The notes under the pieces: generated by a model | The model's input: the letters and a program-made list of their open reading frames with translations, nothing else | Databases searched by the model: none | Told to the model about the DNA's origin: nothing | Shown here: one piece after another, positions 37,501 to 49,711 of the stretch | Numbering within the stretch: the first letter of the stretch is position 1 | Layout: every line of letters starts with the position of its first letter | Assembly: GCF_000143415.4 (NCBI RefSeq) | Contig: NW_003314269.1 | Location: 807,246-871,245, forward strand | Direction: 5' to 3' | DNA from: Selaginella moellendorffii | Lineage: Eukaryota; Plantae; Lycopodiophyta | DNA length: 64,000 bases | Made by a program: the position numbers and the translations under genes

Positions 37501-39018
37501 ATGCTCGCAAGTTCCTGGACTTGACTACAACGACACCTTTGCTCCAGTGGTTAAGCATTCTACTCTTCGTTCCTTGATTAATTTTGCTGCGGTGGGAGAC
37601 TTTGATCTGGAACAGATGGATGTGACCACGGCGTTTCTTTATGGCGCACTTGAAGAAGAAATCTATATGGCACAGCCAGAAGGATTTCTAGCCGCTGGAA
37701 AAGAGGATCATCTCTGGCTTCTCAAGAAAGCTGTCTACGGCTTGAAACAAGCACCCAGATCTTGGTACAAACACTTTGACGATTTTATACTAAGTGTGGG
37801 CTTTTCCCGTAGCGAGGCAGACCCGAATCTTTATATTCGGGTGGAGGGTGAATCATTTGTGATCATCGCTCTTTATGTTGATGATACTCTTGTCATCCAA
37901 TTTGAGATGAAAACTCTTGGCACGGCTTCCTACTTTCTTGGCATGGAACTTGTGCGTGATCGCTCTCAACGCACTATCTATCTTCACCAAGCCAAGTATA
38001 TAGAAGAGATGCTGGCCAGGTTTTCTATGACGAGCTCTAATCCAGTGGCGACACCAATGGAACCAGGCTGCCAGCTTTCACGAGCCATGTCTCCTGAGAC
38101 AGAGGACGACAAGAGAGCCATGGACTCCATCCCTTACAGACAAGCTGTTGGCAGTCTCATGTATCCAGCTGTTTGTACGTGCCCAGATATTTCTTTTGCC
38201 GTGAGCAAAGTTAGCCAATTCCTGGCTAATCCTGGATCTCAACATTGGGCAGCGGTGAAACGCATCTTCAGGTACCTTCGAGGTACTACTTACCTTGGAT
38301 TGTGCTACCAGGGAAAAGAGCTTACCCTCACGGGCTACTGTGATGCTGATTTTGGGGGAGACTGTGACACACGCAAGTCCACCTCTGGCTATTCGTTTTC
38401 CCTGGGCAGTGCGACAGTCTCGTGGTGCAGCAGGAAGCAAAGTACAGTAGCAACCTCTAGTACTGAAGCAGAATATTGGGCAGCCTCACAAGCTACCAAA
38501 GAAGGTGTGTGGTTACGCTCACTACTTTCTAACCTTGGTGTGAGTGTGAAGACTCCCACTCGCCTCTTCTGTGACAATCAAAGCTGCATTGCGTTAGCGG
38601 CCAATCCTCGCTTTCATTCACGCACCAAACACTTTGGGATTCATCATCATTTTGTTCGTGAGAAAGTGGAAGATGGCACAATTGAGCTGATCTACTGCGA
38701 CACGACCACTCAGGTTGCAGATATCTTCACAAAAGCACTACCCCGAGATCGATTTCAAGTCCATCGCGAAGGGCTGGGACTTTCTCCACTGATGAGCATC
38801 ACTCCTGAAGAAGCATGGAGTGGCAAGAAACCTACAGTTACGCATCTGAGAATATTCGGGTGTGAAGTGTGGGCACACATCCCTGATGGAATGCACAAGA
38901 AATTGGACCCCAAAAGCCAAAAGGATTTAGGCTTTAGGGTTTAGGGTTTTAGGGTTTAAGGTTTAGGGTTTAGTAGAATCAAGCAACTTGCACGCGAGCA
39001 GATGGTTGAAGGTCTAGA
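34521..39018 (+). mobile_element. Nested Ty1/Copia element (different family) with 5' LTR but no 3' LTR
   Basis: LTR from TG at 34521 and PBS TGGTATCAGAGC at 34671. Gag-pol has stops and frameshifts. Removing 34521-39018 restores the outer reading frame (PVSYVPGL). Confidence 0.95.
38926..38973 (+). repeat. Interstitial telomeric tract, ~7 TTTAGGG-type units
   Basis: TTTAGGC TTTAGGG TTTAGGG TTTTAGGG TTTAAGG TTTAGGG TTTAG. Confidence 0.95.
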
Positions 39019-40474
39019 ACATAAGACACAGGATAGATCTCCTGGATTTCTCCAGAAGAGAGCTAAACCCTGATTGTTCCTTTGCCTAGTACGTCGTGAG
39101 CAGAGGAGTCACCGAGTCCCACAGCGTCACTCTCACACGGTTCTTGGTAGTCAAAAAACAAGGAAGCCATGGGCGTCATATGGAATGACGCTCCAGAATC
39201 CAGCCACAGCTCTGGTCCAAGCACGGGCTGGTGGCTGCTGCTTGCAGAGCGAGCCATCAAGAGCTTACGAGGAGTCCCAGAGCCCTTGTCTTTGTTTCCT
39301 TTGTCTTTGTTCTTGGCAGCTTTAGCACGATCAGCTTTCTTCTTCTTGCAATCCCTCGCCAAGTGTCCAGGTTTGTGGCAATAGTGACACATGCCACGAA
39401 AACCAGTGTCGTTCGGCTGAGCTTGAGAGGACGAGGATGATCCTCCCGCAGCGCCAGCATAAAGCAAGGAAGATTTGGCTGAGGGCATCGCTTCTTTCTT
39501 CCCCTTTATCTTGCGTTCCTCTTCAATTACTTGATCAAAGTTCATTGCCATGTGAGATAGAACAGATGCGAGTGTGCTAAACGCAGGCGTGATGGTTGCA
39601 AGCAGCAACGCCCTGGCGCGATCGTCCGTGACAGGAGACCCAGCACCAGTCAATTCAGCCATTAGCCCTTGAATCCGTCCCACGTAGACAGCAATGGTTT
39701 CACCCGTTTCCATGTGAAGCGCCAAGAATTGTTGATTCAGCAACATGGAAGAATTTGCGGCTTGGGCCACGAAGATCGTGCGAAGCGACGTCCAGATTTC
39801 AGCAGCGGTCTTGGTGAGATCAATGAGCGGCAAGAATTCATCGCTTAATCCCAAGCCAATGACGGTGATGGCTTGCTGATTGCGAAAATCCCAATCTGAT
39901 TGTAGCGTCTGCTCAGCGGCACGAGGCTCAGTCCCATCAACGATGTTCCACGCTCGTTTTGCAGAGAGGATCAGCCTGATTCTTGTCGCCCATGTGAAGA
40001 AATTCGTGCCACTGAATTTCTCCACCTTCTCTGTGGAAGCCACGAGAACTTGAGCAGCAACCGGTGGCGGCGGCGGCGGCGGCAGCAGGGGGCGGCGGAG
40101 GTGGTGGTGGGGTTGAAGCGGCCATGACAGCAACGTCAAATCAACCAACCAGGATCGTCCCCGAAATCCGATACCATGTTGTGGTGTGAAAAGGGATGGA
40201 CATAACACTCATGAGCGTTCATTGTGTTCCGACTCTTTTTACATAACTCAAGGGACATGACTCATGACCACGTGGACATGCCACGTCAGCTGATCAAGAC
40301 TGACATCTCGACAAGAACATCGAAGAGTGGAAGCTATCGTGAAAGATGAGGCTCTTTTCGCCAGAGTTTACACGATATGTATTGGGATAGAATGTGGACT
40401 TGGACAGTTCGACTTGGTGGACTGTACCGATTGACCTTAAAAAAAACAAACTCGAATCCTGGACGCATTTTGTG

Positions 40475-41910
40475 GTATATGCCCAATCCGGGCATCTTCT
40501 TGAGGCGAGGTGGGCGTTCGAGAGCATGGCCGAGAGGGATATCGTGGCGTGGACCGCGATGCTCGTCGCGTATGCCCAGGCAGGGGATCTGGCCGCGGCG
40601 GAGTTCAGGAACCTCGTGTCGATGCTCCAGCGTAGTCTTCCGATTGAATCGCAAGCAACAATGCAGTCAGCTTGGATCAAACGATCACGCTCCACCAGTT
40701 TGTCGATTGAAATGGCGGCCAAGCGCCTGAAATCATGCCGGATGTCCGAGTGCCACCAAGAGATCCAGCATCCGGCATCCAAACGTCTTCTCTGGAACAT
40801 CACACAACGGCACAACAAGATGGCGGAGCGAGATGAGGTGTCGTGGACGGGACGGTGGCCGCATCGATCACGCGCTTTGCACAATCCATCAACAGGATTC
40901 CTTTATAAGGGACTCTGGCCGACGCTTTTGGTACGTTCTTCCAGAGCTTTTTGGTGTTTCTCCCTATTTCTGCCCAATTGACATGAATGTTCACTTTACT
41001 CTGGTCCGTCTTGATCTTCATCTTCATTCTGACCACACCATCTTAATGCCAGGGTGCACGATATTATTAATTTTTTGTTACTTAGTCACTAAAATAATAA
41101 TGCCAATATAACCTTTAAAGAGCACAAAATAAATAATATTTAATCCAAAATATGTGTTTATCTGTCTAACAGAATAATCTAGTCAACCAGCTTTGACTGA
41201 TGTTTAAGGAAAACCAAGTCAACGGTAGATGACTTTGAAGCGCGTTGAACCATCAAAGCTGGAAGAAAGACGAAATAACTATCTGACTTCAAGCGTCCAG
41301 TGTAGTCTTCCAAGTCAAGCCAGTTGGAGTGAATCGCACGCAACAATGCATCGTGGCGCCATTCAACTTGGATCAAGCTATCACGTCCCACCCACCAGCG
41401 ACCCCCGACGAGCTTGTGGTTCCTGCAGATTCAAGCGGCAGCCAAGCGCCTGAAATCAAGCCCACCAAGGGCTGAGATCAAGCGCACCCAGAATCCGGCA
41501 GCTAAACGTCTCTCCTGGAACATCACAATGGCACAACAAGAGCGAGACGTGGTGTCGTGGACGGGGATGGTGGCCGCCTAAGCCGCCATCTACCACTTGC
41601 CTCTACAATCCATCAACAGGATAGCTTTTACAAGGGACTCTGGTAGACGCTTTTGTTTCTCTCATAGACTTGAGGCCCGCGTCGTTGAAGATGGTGACGA
41701 GCTTGATCTCCGGAGTAGCATGAATTGCTGCCGATCGATTGCATTTGATCCCATCTTTCAGATGCAACGCGAGGAGGTGGACGCCGCTTTACAAGCCCGG
41801 GATTGCAAGCGCGCAGAGGCACGTTGTTCGCACCCAAGGCTGCGGTGGATTGTACAGGGAAATTTTTCCGGGCGGCCTTCGAAGTCATTCATTTCAACCG
41901 TCAGATATTC
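40475..41910 (+). pseudogene. Patchwork of PPR and carrier-gene fragments (two related units)
   Basis: YAQSGHLLEARWAFESMAERDIVAWTAML. 40870-40965 and 41580-41910 match the carrier gene. ~40710-40860 is repeated at ~41435-41575. Confidence 0.75.
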
Positions 41911-42589
41911 TTGTCTTGCAGCGATTCGATATGCCGCCTCAGCATTCCAGCGCCGCCGCGTGCAGAGAGCTGCGAAGAAGGCACGAACACAACGTCTGCG
42001 AGCCGGGAATCCCACACTCGAACGAAGTTTTCGTTCTTTTTCGTGGAGGAGTTGTCGAACTCGGCAGCAATAGCTCTCAAGGACGCCGTGGTGGAATTCG
42101 CAAGGAAGTTAAATGTGAACTCTGGAGAAGCTGGGATGATATGGCTTTGGTGATCGAGCAGCTCCTTGGTGTCCAAGATCTCGAGAAGAGGAGCGAAGCT
42201 GAGCACAAGGAGAGCAGCAGAATTCTGGCGCTCAAGAACTGAGTGAGAAAATCTGGCGGCCTCTTTACCTAGAAAGAAATTACACTATGCAATTTAAGAA
42301 AATTCTTTTAAGAACAGACATAACGTTTGGAAAGGGTATTTGCCATTACCTTTTCTTCTTTGACAACAGATACTACTACTACTTTCTTTTCTTGGGTATT
42401 TTCTATTATCACCTAAAGCTTGTGAGCGTAAACTGATCTCAAACGAGCGAACGCCATAACAAATCCACTACATCCTTGGCTTCAATCTTCTTAGACCAAT
42501 CTTTCTTGTATAATTTCTTCATTTTATCTATCACCTTTGCCTCATCCTCCTAAATCATAATTTCTATAACCACTTGAAAGGCTTCTTAA

Positions 42590-43000
42590 CCACATGTCCA
42601 CACCTTTTCCAAACTTCTGTGGAGATAGCTTCAGGAGCCCTGAATCCTAGTGATCCAATTTAGTGTTGGTAGAGTTGACTCGGGCAGGATCACAACTTCT
42701 CGCTTGCAAGCCTGCTAAACCCATTAGAAGCTACCACATGGTTTCCTTAATCCAGCCCACCTTAGAGAGCTTGTAACGTAGTCGCCCATCCTTATTGAAT
42801 TCTAATATGCCAAAAGTGCTCGAGAACCATGTAACCTCCATCTTCTTCCTTGCCCATGTCAAGAACTTTCACGACGTTCTCGTGCTTGCACTCCCTCATG
42901 AGCTCAACCTCTCAGAGTCGTAAAATTTGTTGTCCACTCTCTTGATTACCTTCTTGATTGTAGGCCACTCTCAACACACAACACAGTTTCCCAACTCCAT
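42590..43000 (-). pseudogene. Ser/Thr kinase (MAPK/CDK-like) pseudogene
   Basis: TIKKV, TLR/EVELMRECKHENVVKVLD, YMVLE, GFRAPEA and VDMW motifs with frameshifts. No HRD/DFG segment. Confidence 0.6.
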
Positions 43001-43852
43001 AACACTACAAGAAAAAGTTTGGTTTAGCATCCCAAGGACCCTCCACTCACATAAAATGTGGGTCCCGATTATGAAGGCACTTCGTGAGCAGTCACAAATC
43101 CTATCGCTCTTCCCACTTCGTTGGAGAAGTAATCGTCTGTGTCTGCGAGTTTCACATTGATAACAGCTGCGTATCCATTGTAGCATGGGGCTTGATCGAT
43201 TGGAAACACTGTTTTCACCTTTGAGCTTGTTGCCATTGCAATGATGAGAGTTGATGTTTCGGAACAAATGAAGCGAGCATTTGGACGAGCATTTCTTGAT
43301 CAATTCTTCTCGTTCGTCCTCGTTGTTGACCCTCAAATGCAAGTTTGGAGTCTGATGATAATAAGCACAAAGCATATGTGAACTGCACGAAAGAAGCTGA
43401 GATTTACCTTTCCTGAAAAGCAGCATGGCTCAGATTTCCAAGGCGTTTTTTTGCCCCTCCTTATAGGCTGAGTCTGGATTCAATCTGACTAGCGGTAAAT
43501 ACACCAGCTGGCCTTCATGCATCAGACGCAGCTTGAACTGCAATGCTCTTCAGTTCTAGAACATTTGTGATGAAGCTTTTGATGAATTTCAAGGCTGCCT
43601 TCTTCGGAGGAAGGAAACCAGTGATGAAAAGATTGTAGTTGGCTGTATGCTCATGTCGCTCCAAGCATGCAAACACAGCGAAGAGAGTTTCAAGCTTCTG
43701 ACACTCATGAGCAAAACAAGAGAATCCAAAGAAGAGAGTTTGAGAGAAATTTGTACATCACCAAAATTCTTAAAGGATTGATAGTTATGGACTTGATCAT
43801 AAATTATACCCTCTAGCGGCGAGCTTCTCGACAAGTTAAGGGATTTAACTAT

Positions 43853-43985
43853 ACATTTCCCATACATCTCAATCAGATTGTTGGCGAAGGTAAACATCCT
43901 TCGCGATTGGATCCAGCGACGCAATGATCGCCTCCGCCGTAGCGAAACCTCACAAGACCCAAGAGCCCATTGCTCGATTGCATCG
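43853..43985 (-). pseudogene. Fragment of a PPR gene 5' end
   Basis: ANNLIEMYGKC; resembles 20436-20586. Confidence 0.7.
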
Positions 43986-44042
43986 CCCGGCCACCATTGG
44001 CATGTTTGTTGTAAGCTTTCCTTTCTCGAGTAAAAGTTTACA

Positions 44043-47000
44043 CTATACCGTGGTTGTGAGCTCAACCACGCAAGGATCATCGACTGGAGCGCTGCTGCTA
44101 CTGCTGGTGCTGCTGCTCCTCCCATCTCGATCTCTCTCGAGCAGCGCCGTCGGCGATCCACCACCACCACCACCACCACCAAGAACCACGCGCTTCTCTA
44201 GCCGCTCCAACAAGCTCGCCACCTCCTGCATGCTAGGACGCTTCGATGGAGCGTCTCTACAGCACCAGCAAGCGATCCTCATCATCTCCACCATCTGATC
44301 AAACTCCGTGCCATGCTCACACCGCTCCCGCAAGCACTCGTCCAGCGCCATCCTCCGCTCCTCCCCACTCCTCAACTCCAAGACCCACGCCACCAGCCCG
44401 GTGTTCTTCCGGAAGAATTGGTCCGTCGGCCTCTTCGCCGTGAGCATCTCCAGGCACACCACCCCAAAGCTGTACACGTCCCCCTTGGGCGTCGCGAAGC
44501 ACTTGTGGCTGTACTCCGGTGGGATGTAGCCGATGGTTCCCGCCACGTCCGTGCTTACATGCGTATCTCCAGCGTTCACCAGCCTCGCCAGCCCGAAGTC
44601 CGCGACGTGAGCCTCAAACTCTTCGTCCAGGAGTATGTTGCTCACTTTGATATCCCGGTGGATGATCGCGTGCCGCTGCTCGCAACCTTGATGCAAGTAC
44701 GCGATCCCCTGCGCCGCGCCGCGGGCGATCCTCAGCCTCGTCGGCCAGTCGAGCGGCTTCATCCCGGGCTCGCGGCAGTGGAGCCAAGTGTCGACGCTGC
44801 CGTTCTTGAGGTACTTGTAGATGAGGAGGCGATCGTTGTTGTCGGAGCAGTAGCCCAGCAGCGGCACCAGGTTCTTGTGCTTGAGCTCGCCCAGCGTCTG
44901 GAGCTCGGCGCGGAACTCGCGGTCCCCCTGGAGGCCGCACGACGAGAGCTTCTTCACGGCCACCACCTGGCCGTTTTCCAGCACCGCGCGGTACACGACG
45001 CCGAAGCCGCCGTCCCCGACGACGTTGTCCCAGCTGAAGTTGTCCGTGGCGGCCGCCAGCTTGCGCGCGGAGATCTGTTCGGGGAGCTTCTCGCAGAAGG
45101 CGAGGGAGAAGCCGGCGTTGTCCCGGTCGGTGTTGGAATAGAGCTTGTGCCGCCGACGAGCGAGCGCGAAGTACATGGCCAGGAAGACGCAGAAGAAGGC
45201 CGCCGCAAAGATGGCGATGACGATCGGTATGAGCGTCCCTCTCCTCGTCGCCTCTTGAGATTCTGGCTCGCCACCTCTGGACTGGATTCCACCCGGCGGC
45301 GCAGCACTGCTCGAGCAGTTTGACACAGGCGCGCCACAGAGATGGTTTCCAGCGAAGAGAGCCGCGTCCATGGACGAGAGTTGCGGGCTGTAAGGTATCT
45401 GGCCCACCAGGTTGTTGTTGGAGACGTCGAAGACGGTGAGAAACGAGAGGTCCGCCATGGACGATGGTATGGAGCCATTGAGACGATTGTTCGCGAGCGC
45501 CACCCTGGAGAGGTTCTTCGCGTTTCCCAGGGAGTCGGGAATGGGACCGGTTAGCTGGTTGTGGCTCAAGTCCAGCACCTGGAGGTTGTGGAGGTCGCCG
45601 ATGGTCGCTGGAATGCTTCCACTCAGCTGGTTGGAGGAGAAGTCTATGGTCGTCGGGAAGGCGAAGCCGTTGTAGACGAGGCTTTGCGCGTGAACCAGCG
45701 GGGTGGTGTTGGTCATGTTGTAGAGCTGGACGTTGGCGAACAGTCGGCCGATGCTTGCCGGTATCTCGCCTGAGAACCTGTTAAGCGAGAAGTCCATGGC
45801 TCGTAAGTTCCTGAGTCGGGGAAGCCAGTCCGGGATGGAGCCGCTGAAGCTGTTGTTTGAGAGGAAGAGGAACTGCAAAGTCGAGACGTTTTGCAGCATG
45901 GCCGGGACTTCTCCAGAGAGGCTGTTCGATCCAACGTCGAGGCCGATCAGCGAGCTCATCTTGCCGTACGAGGCCGGGATGGAACCGACGAGATCATTGC
46001 CGGAGAGCGAGAGAATGAGCAGGCGGCTCAAGTTCGCGAAGCTGTCCGGGAGATTTCCAGAAAACTTGTTCTGCTCCAGCCAGAGAACGAGCAGCTCCGT
46101 GCAGTTGGAGAGTCCAGAAGGGAGCTCTCCACCGATGTCGTTGCCATTGAGAACTAGCTGCTGGAGATGCGACAGCTTCGAGAGCTCGCCTGGGATGGTT
46201 CCAGTCAAGTCATTGCCGTTGAGCCATATCTCTCTGATGTTCGAGCAGTTTCCTAGCTCCGGAGGTATAGCGCCACTGAAACGATTCCGCGTGAGAACCA
46301 GCAGCCTCAAGTTCGTCAAGCTTCCCACCCTCGCTGGTACCGTCCCGTTAAACATGTTTCGCAAGAGGTGCAAAGTCTCGATGCTTGCAAAGTCGCCATC
46401 TTCCAGCTCCAGTGGCCCGGAGAGAAAGTTGTTTCCAGCGCTTAAAACCGAGAGCTTGCGTAGCCTTCGCAAGCTCGGTGGCAAACCACCCTTGAGCGAA
46501 TTGTTGGAGATATCCAAGTACCTGAGCTCCAAGTTCTTGCTCCAGATATCGGGTAGATCTCCGGTAAACCTGTTATACGATATGTCCAGGCGCGTCAAGT
46601 TCGTCATCTCCCCGAAAGTCTCTGGAATGGAGCCGCTGAATCCGTTGTGCGAGAGCTCCAGTGCCTCCAGTCCCAGGTTACCACCGATGGAAACGCTCCC
46701 AGTCAAGTTGTTGATGGACAGGTTGAGCGATCGCAGCGTGGAGCTAAACTTTGGAACTCCAGCCACTCTCAAGAAGTTCCCACTGAGGTCCAGGCTTTCC
46801 AAGCTCTCGAGGCTGGAGAGGTTTGCCGGGACCTCTCGCAGAGAATTGGAGCTCAAGTTGAGGAGCTTGAGCTGCGTGTTCTTGCAACCAGCCACCTCCA
46901 GCGAGACGATGTTGTTTTGCGAGAGGTCCAAGCGAGCCAGCGATGGAAGCTCGGCCCAGATGGAAGGAAGAACTCCCGAGAGATGTAACCTGGACATATT

Positions 47001-47216
47001 GAGGCCCTCCACTCGGTTGTCCGAGCTCCACTCCACACCGCGCCATGCTCTTGGATTGGCGGTCTCGTTCCACGCTTTGATGCCAAGCCTGTCACCGAGA
47101 GAGAGCAGAGTCTGTGTGTCGTTGGCGATCCCGGATGGATTCGTGGGGCACTGCGACCGAGATGTTGCGAGAAAGACGAGTAGAAACAAACCCAGCAGCA
47201 AATTGGAGAGAGACAT
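44043..47216 (-). CDS. LRR receptor-like kinase, subfamily X (EMS1/PSKR/BRI1-related), with island domain
   Basis: 1057-aa intronless ORF with ATDNFS, GDGGFGVVY, QGDREFRAE, NLVPLLGYC, HRDIK, DFGLARL and AGTIGYIPPEY. Confidence 0.95.
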   Translation of the reverse strand: MSLSNLLLGLFLLVFLATSRSQCPTNPSGIANDTQTLLSLGDRLGIKAWNETANPRAWRGVEWSSDNRVEGLNMSRLHLSGVLPSIWAELPSLARLDLSQNNIVSLEVAGCKNTQLKLLNLSSNSLREVPANLSSLESLESLDLSGNFLRVAGVPKFSSTLRSLNLSINNLTGSVSIGGNLGLEALELSHNGFSGSIPETFGEMTNLTRLDISYNRFTGDLPDIWSKNLELRYLDISNNSLKGGLPPSLRRLRKLSVLSAGNNFLSGPLELEDGDFASIETLHLLRNMFNGTVPARVGSLTNLRLLVLTRNRFSGAIPPELGNCSNIREIWLNGNDLTGTIPGELSKLSHLQQLVLNGNDIGGELPSGLSNCTELLVLWLEQNKFSGNLPDSFANLSRLLILSLSGNDLVGSIPASYGKMSSLIGLDVGSNSLSGEVPAMLQNVSTLQFLFLSNNSFSGSIPDWLPRLRNLRAMDFSLNRFSGEIPASIGRLFANVQLYNMTNTTPLVHAQSLVYNGFAFPTTIDFSSNQLSGSIPATIGDLHNLQVLDLSHNQLTGPIPDSLGNAKNLSRVALANNRLNGSIPSSMADLSFLTVFDVSNNNLVGQIPYSPQLSSMDAALFAGNHLCGAPVSNCSSSAAPPGGIQSRGGEPESQEATRRGTLIPIVIAIFAAAFFCVFLAMYFALARRRHKLYSNTDRDNAGFSLAFCEKLPEQISARKLAAATDNFSWDNVVGDGGFGVVYRAVLENGQVVAVKKLSSCGLQGDREFRAELQTLGELKHKNLVPLLGYCSDNNDRLLIYKYLKNGSVDTWLHCREPGMKPLDWPTRLRIARGAAQGIAYLHQGCEQRHAIIHRDIKVSNILLDEEFEAHVADFGLARLVNAGDTHVSTDVAGTIGYIPPEYSHKCFATPKGDVYSFGVVCLEMLTAKRPTDQFFRKNTGLVAWVLELRSGEERRMALDECLRERCEHGTEFDQMVEMMRIACWCCRDAPSKRPSMQEVASLLERLEKRVVLGGGGGGGGSPTALLERDRDGRSSSTSSSSSAPVDDPCVVELTTTV

Positions 47217-47476
47217 GGCCGCTACTTCTTCTTCTTAGCATCATCAAAGGAATCGCTGGATCACTGGCCTTAGAACGAAATACCCATCTCAGAGAAGAGA
47301 AGAGAGATCACCTACTGGAATGCTTACCGCAAGCAAGCTCTGGCCAACCGGGAAGAGAAGAAGCGCATGATCTAGGAGCTCACTCGCAATATCAACACGC
47401 TTTCGCGGCGCCTGTTCCGTCGACCGCTGGCCTCGCAGGAATAGTTACTCTGGAAGAATGAGAATTATAAAAGAGA

Positions 47477-47480
<4 letters not shown>

Positions 47481-47511
<31 letters not shown>
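47481..47511. repeat. (GA)n microsatellite upstream of the RLK
   Basis: Directly visible. Confidence 0.95.
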
Positions 47512-47513
<2 letters not shown>

Positions 47514-48558
47514 GGAAGAGCGCAAGTCGTCGGTGCCCGTCACGCTGCCCGTCACTAGCCCTTCACGGCGACGACCCGTGCGATCCGGGCCCTAGATCGC
47601 TGGTGGAAGAAGGATCATCCTCTCTCTCTCACACGGAAGCGAATGGATCATCGATCGAGAGGAAAGTAAAAGAGGAGACAAAGAGGAAGAAGGAGAGAAG
47701 GAATGGATTGAGTGGACGCTCCAAAAATTCAGACTCCACTAGCATAAAGAGGAGGGAGCGGAGACAATCGATCTGGTCATACACCACTTTGTTGTCCAAA
47801 AGCGAATCATTACCACGGAATCCCTGGCCGCATTGTCGCCAATTGCGCTGCCTTGATCCTTCGCGGCTGCCCTAATTCTCCACTACACCCACCATTCAAT
47901 CCATCGCCGCTCCACATCCAACGGCCATTGTAGCCCCATTTGGACGCGATCCAACGGCTGAAATTTAAACCAAGACCATGGAATCGTGGTTATGGGTTTT
48001 ACTTTTTAAGATCGATCAGTCACCAGTCCAATCTAGCTCCAAAAAATCTCGAGAGCGGCGGGGCGATGGACCAATCGATGGAATAGCTAGTCATGGTCGT
48101 GGTCGTCGCCTTTGTCTGGAAGCGCTTAAACAATGAAAGCGATGAGTGAGAGATAAGTAAGAGACACTTGCTTGCCGGGACTGGAAGCTTCGAACAAGTT
48201 CGTTGTCTCGGTCCCCAGTTCTCTCTCGTCGCGATTTGCTTCTCAATCGCCGGGGATCAAAGCAGGAATCCAGCCAGCGATGCTCTTCGATCCACTGCTA
48301 TGGCGATGGCGAATGCGTCACCTGAAAGTACAATAGTGGTGACCAGTGCGAGAAGCGTTTTAGTTTATACTTTTCTTGGCTGGCCCCGGAGGAGCTGTGC
48401 GAGGCATTTGTTTTCCGGAACAGGCGTCTTTGTCAAACCAACCTGGAAGGAGGCTTTGTCAAACTCAAACGTTGAATAGAACCAAGGAGAAATAGTTTTC
48501 TATCTCTTTTACCAGTGTTTGCGTGCGTGTGCGAGTCGTGTGTCCTGTTGCGAGTGTT

Positions 48559-49697
48559 CTAGACTGACTTTGCCACTGTTTGCCCCCACTCGGATTGCGG
48601 TGTCAGGCCCCTTCCAAACGCTGCAAGCAAAAGCGCCTCGGCTCGGCCTGTGCACGAGTCAAAAACTGTAAGCCAAGCCGTACTTTCGCGGGAACAAACC
48701 ATGGTCTTTTTTCCTCGTGAGTTGTGAGGCGATGGATGGGAAACAGCTCGACGCAACTAGGCGGCTCTCGTCCTGGCGTGTGGCAAAAGTTTTTCCAAGT
48801 CGGAAATGGGAAGAGAGATCCTTCTTCCACAAAACAAAAGCTCTAGAGTACCTTGCTGGAGGAGAGGCCCATGGCAGTTTTCCAGGCTCTGGGAGACACG
48901 GGCACCACAGAGATGCCAGACGCAAGTAAAGTACCGGTCCACATTCCAAAGCCAAAGCCGGAACTCCACCATGACTGGAAGAGCTTTCGTGAGCATAGAA
49001 CAAAAGAACAAGTGGTGCGATCTTCTTACCTGTTTTCCATCCGTGCTATGTGGCAACGAATTCTCGACGTAAGCCACCGAGCCTAGAACACCCAACGCAA
49101 TAGTTCGTGAGAAACTTTCACGAAAAGCCCATCGTTTCTACCGTGAGGAGCGTTGATCGTCTTCAAGAGGTTGACAATGGCTTTGGCGTCTGGACGAAGC
49201 CGCATAGTTCCTCCAATGGCGACTTTGAGCGTTGGAACATCAAACACCTTCACTGCGCCAGTAGCCATTACAAGGAAGGAACAAGGAAAGGATCATACCT
49301 CGGGTATGAATCGATCATCTTCCAAGCGTAGAACAGCCAATGCGCCTTTGAAATCCGGGTCGATGCCAATCACAAACGCATTATCCACTGCCGCGCTGGG
49401 GGCCGATGACGCCGAGATCGCCAAAACCTCTGCGTCACACTCGGCATCGACATCCCCCTCGCCACCAAGCGGTAATGTCAGGGAATCCAGCCAGTTCTTC
49501 CTGGAAATCTCGGCTATGACCTTCTTGCTCGGCTTCTTCGTCCTCGTAGCCACGGGCGCCTTCTTCTTGAGGGGAGATTTCGTGGAGCAATCGACATTAC
49601 CCGAGCTTTGCGAGCTCGCCGCGGTGGCTGCGAGCCGGACAAACCCTAATCCCTTGCCGCATTGCCCACACCATAGCCTTGCCACTGCTCGCATCAT
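48559..49697 (-). CDS. MOC1: Organellar Holliday-junction resolvase (RuvC-like)
   Basis: IGIDPD, VFDVP, AYVENS, DGKQ, GFGFGMW and RKKDHG/RAEALLLAAFG across short introns. Confidence 0.92.
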
Positions 49698-49711
49698 AAA
49701 CCCTAAACCCT
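49698..49711 (+). promoter_or_regulatory. Double telo-box (AAACCCT)x2 between divergent ATGs
   Basis: CATCAT-AAACCCTAAACCCT-ATG. Confidence 0.6.

Larger units (their letters stand above)
31238..40313 (-). mobile_element. Ty1/Copia retrotransposon (outer element, defective)
   Basis: LTRs 31238-31365 and 40177-40313 (TG...CA), TSD AGAAC, PBS TGGTATCGG, PPT GAGTGGGAG. Domains: gag CCHC, LDSGAS protease, integrase, YVDD RT, DADWAG RNase H. Confidence 0.97.
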
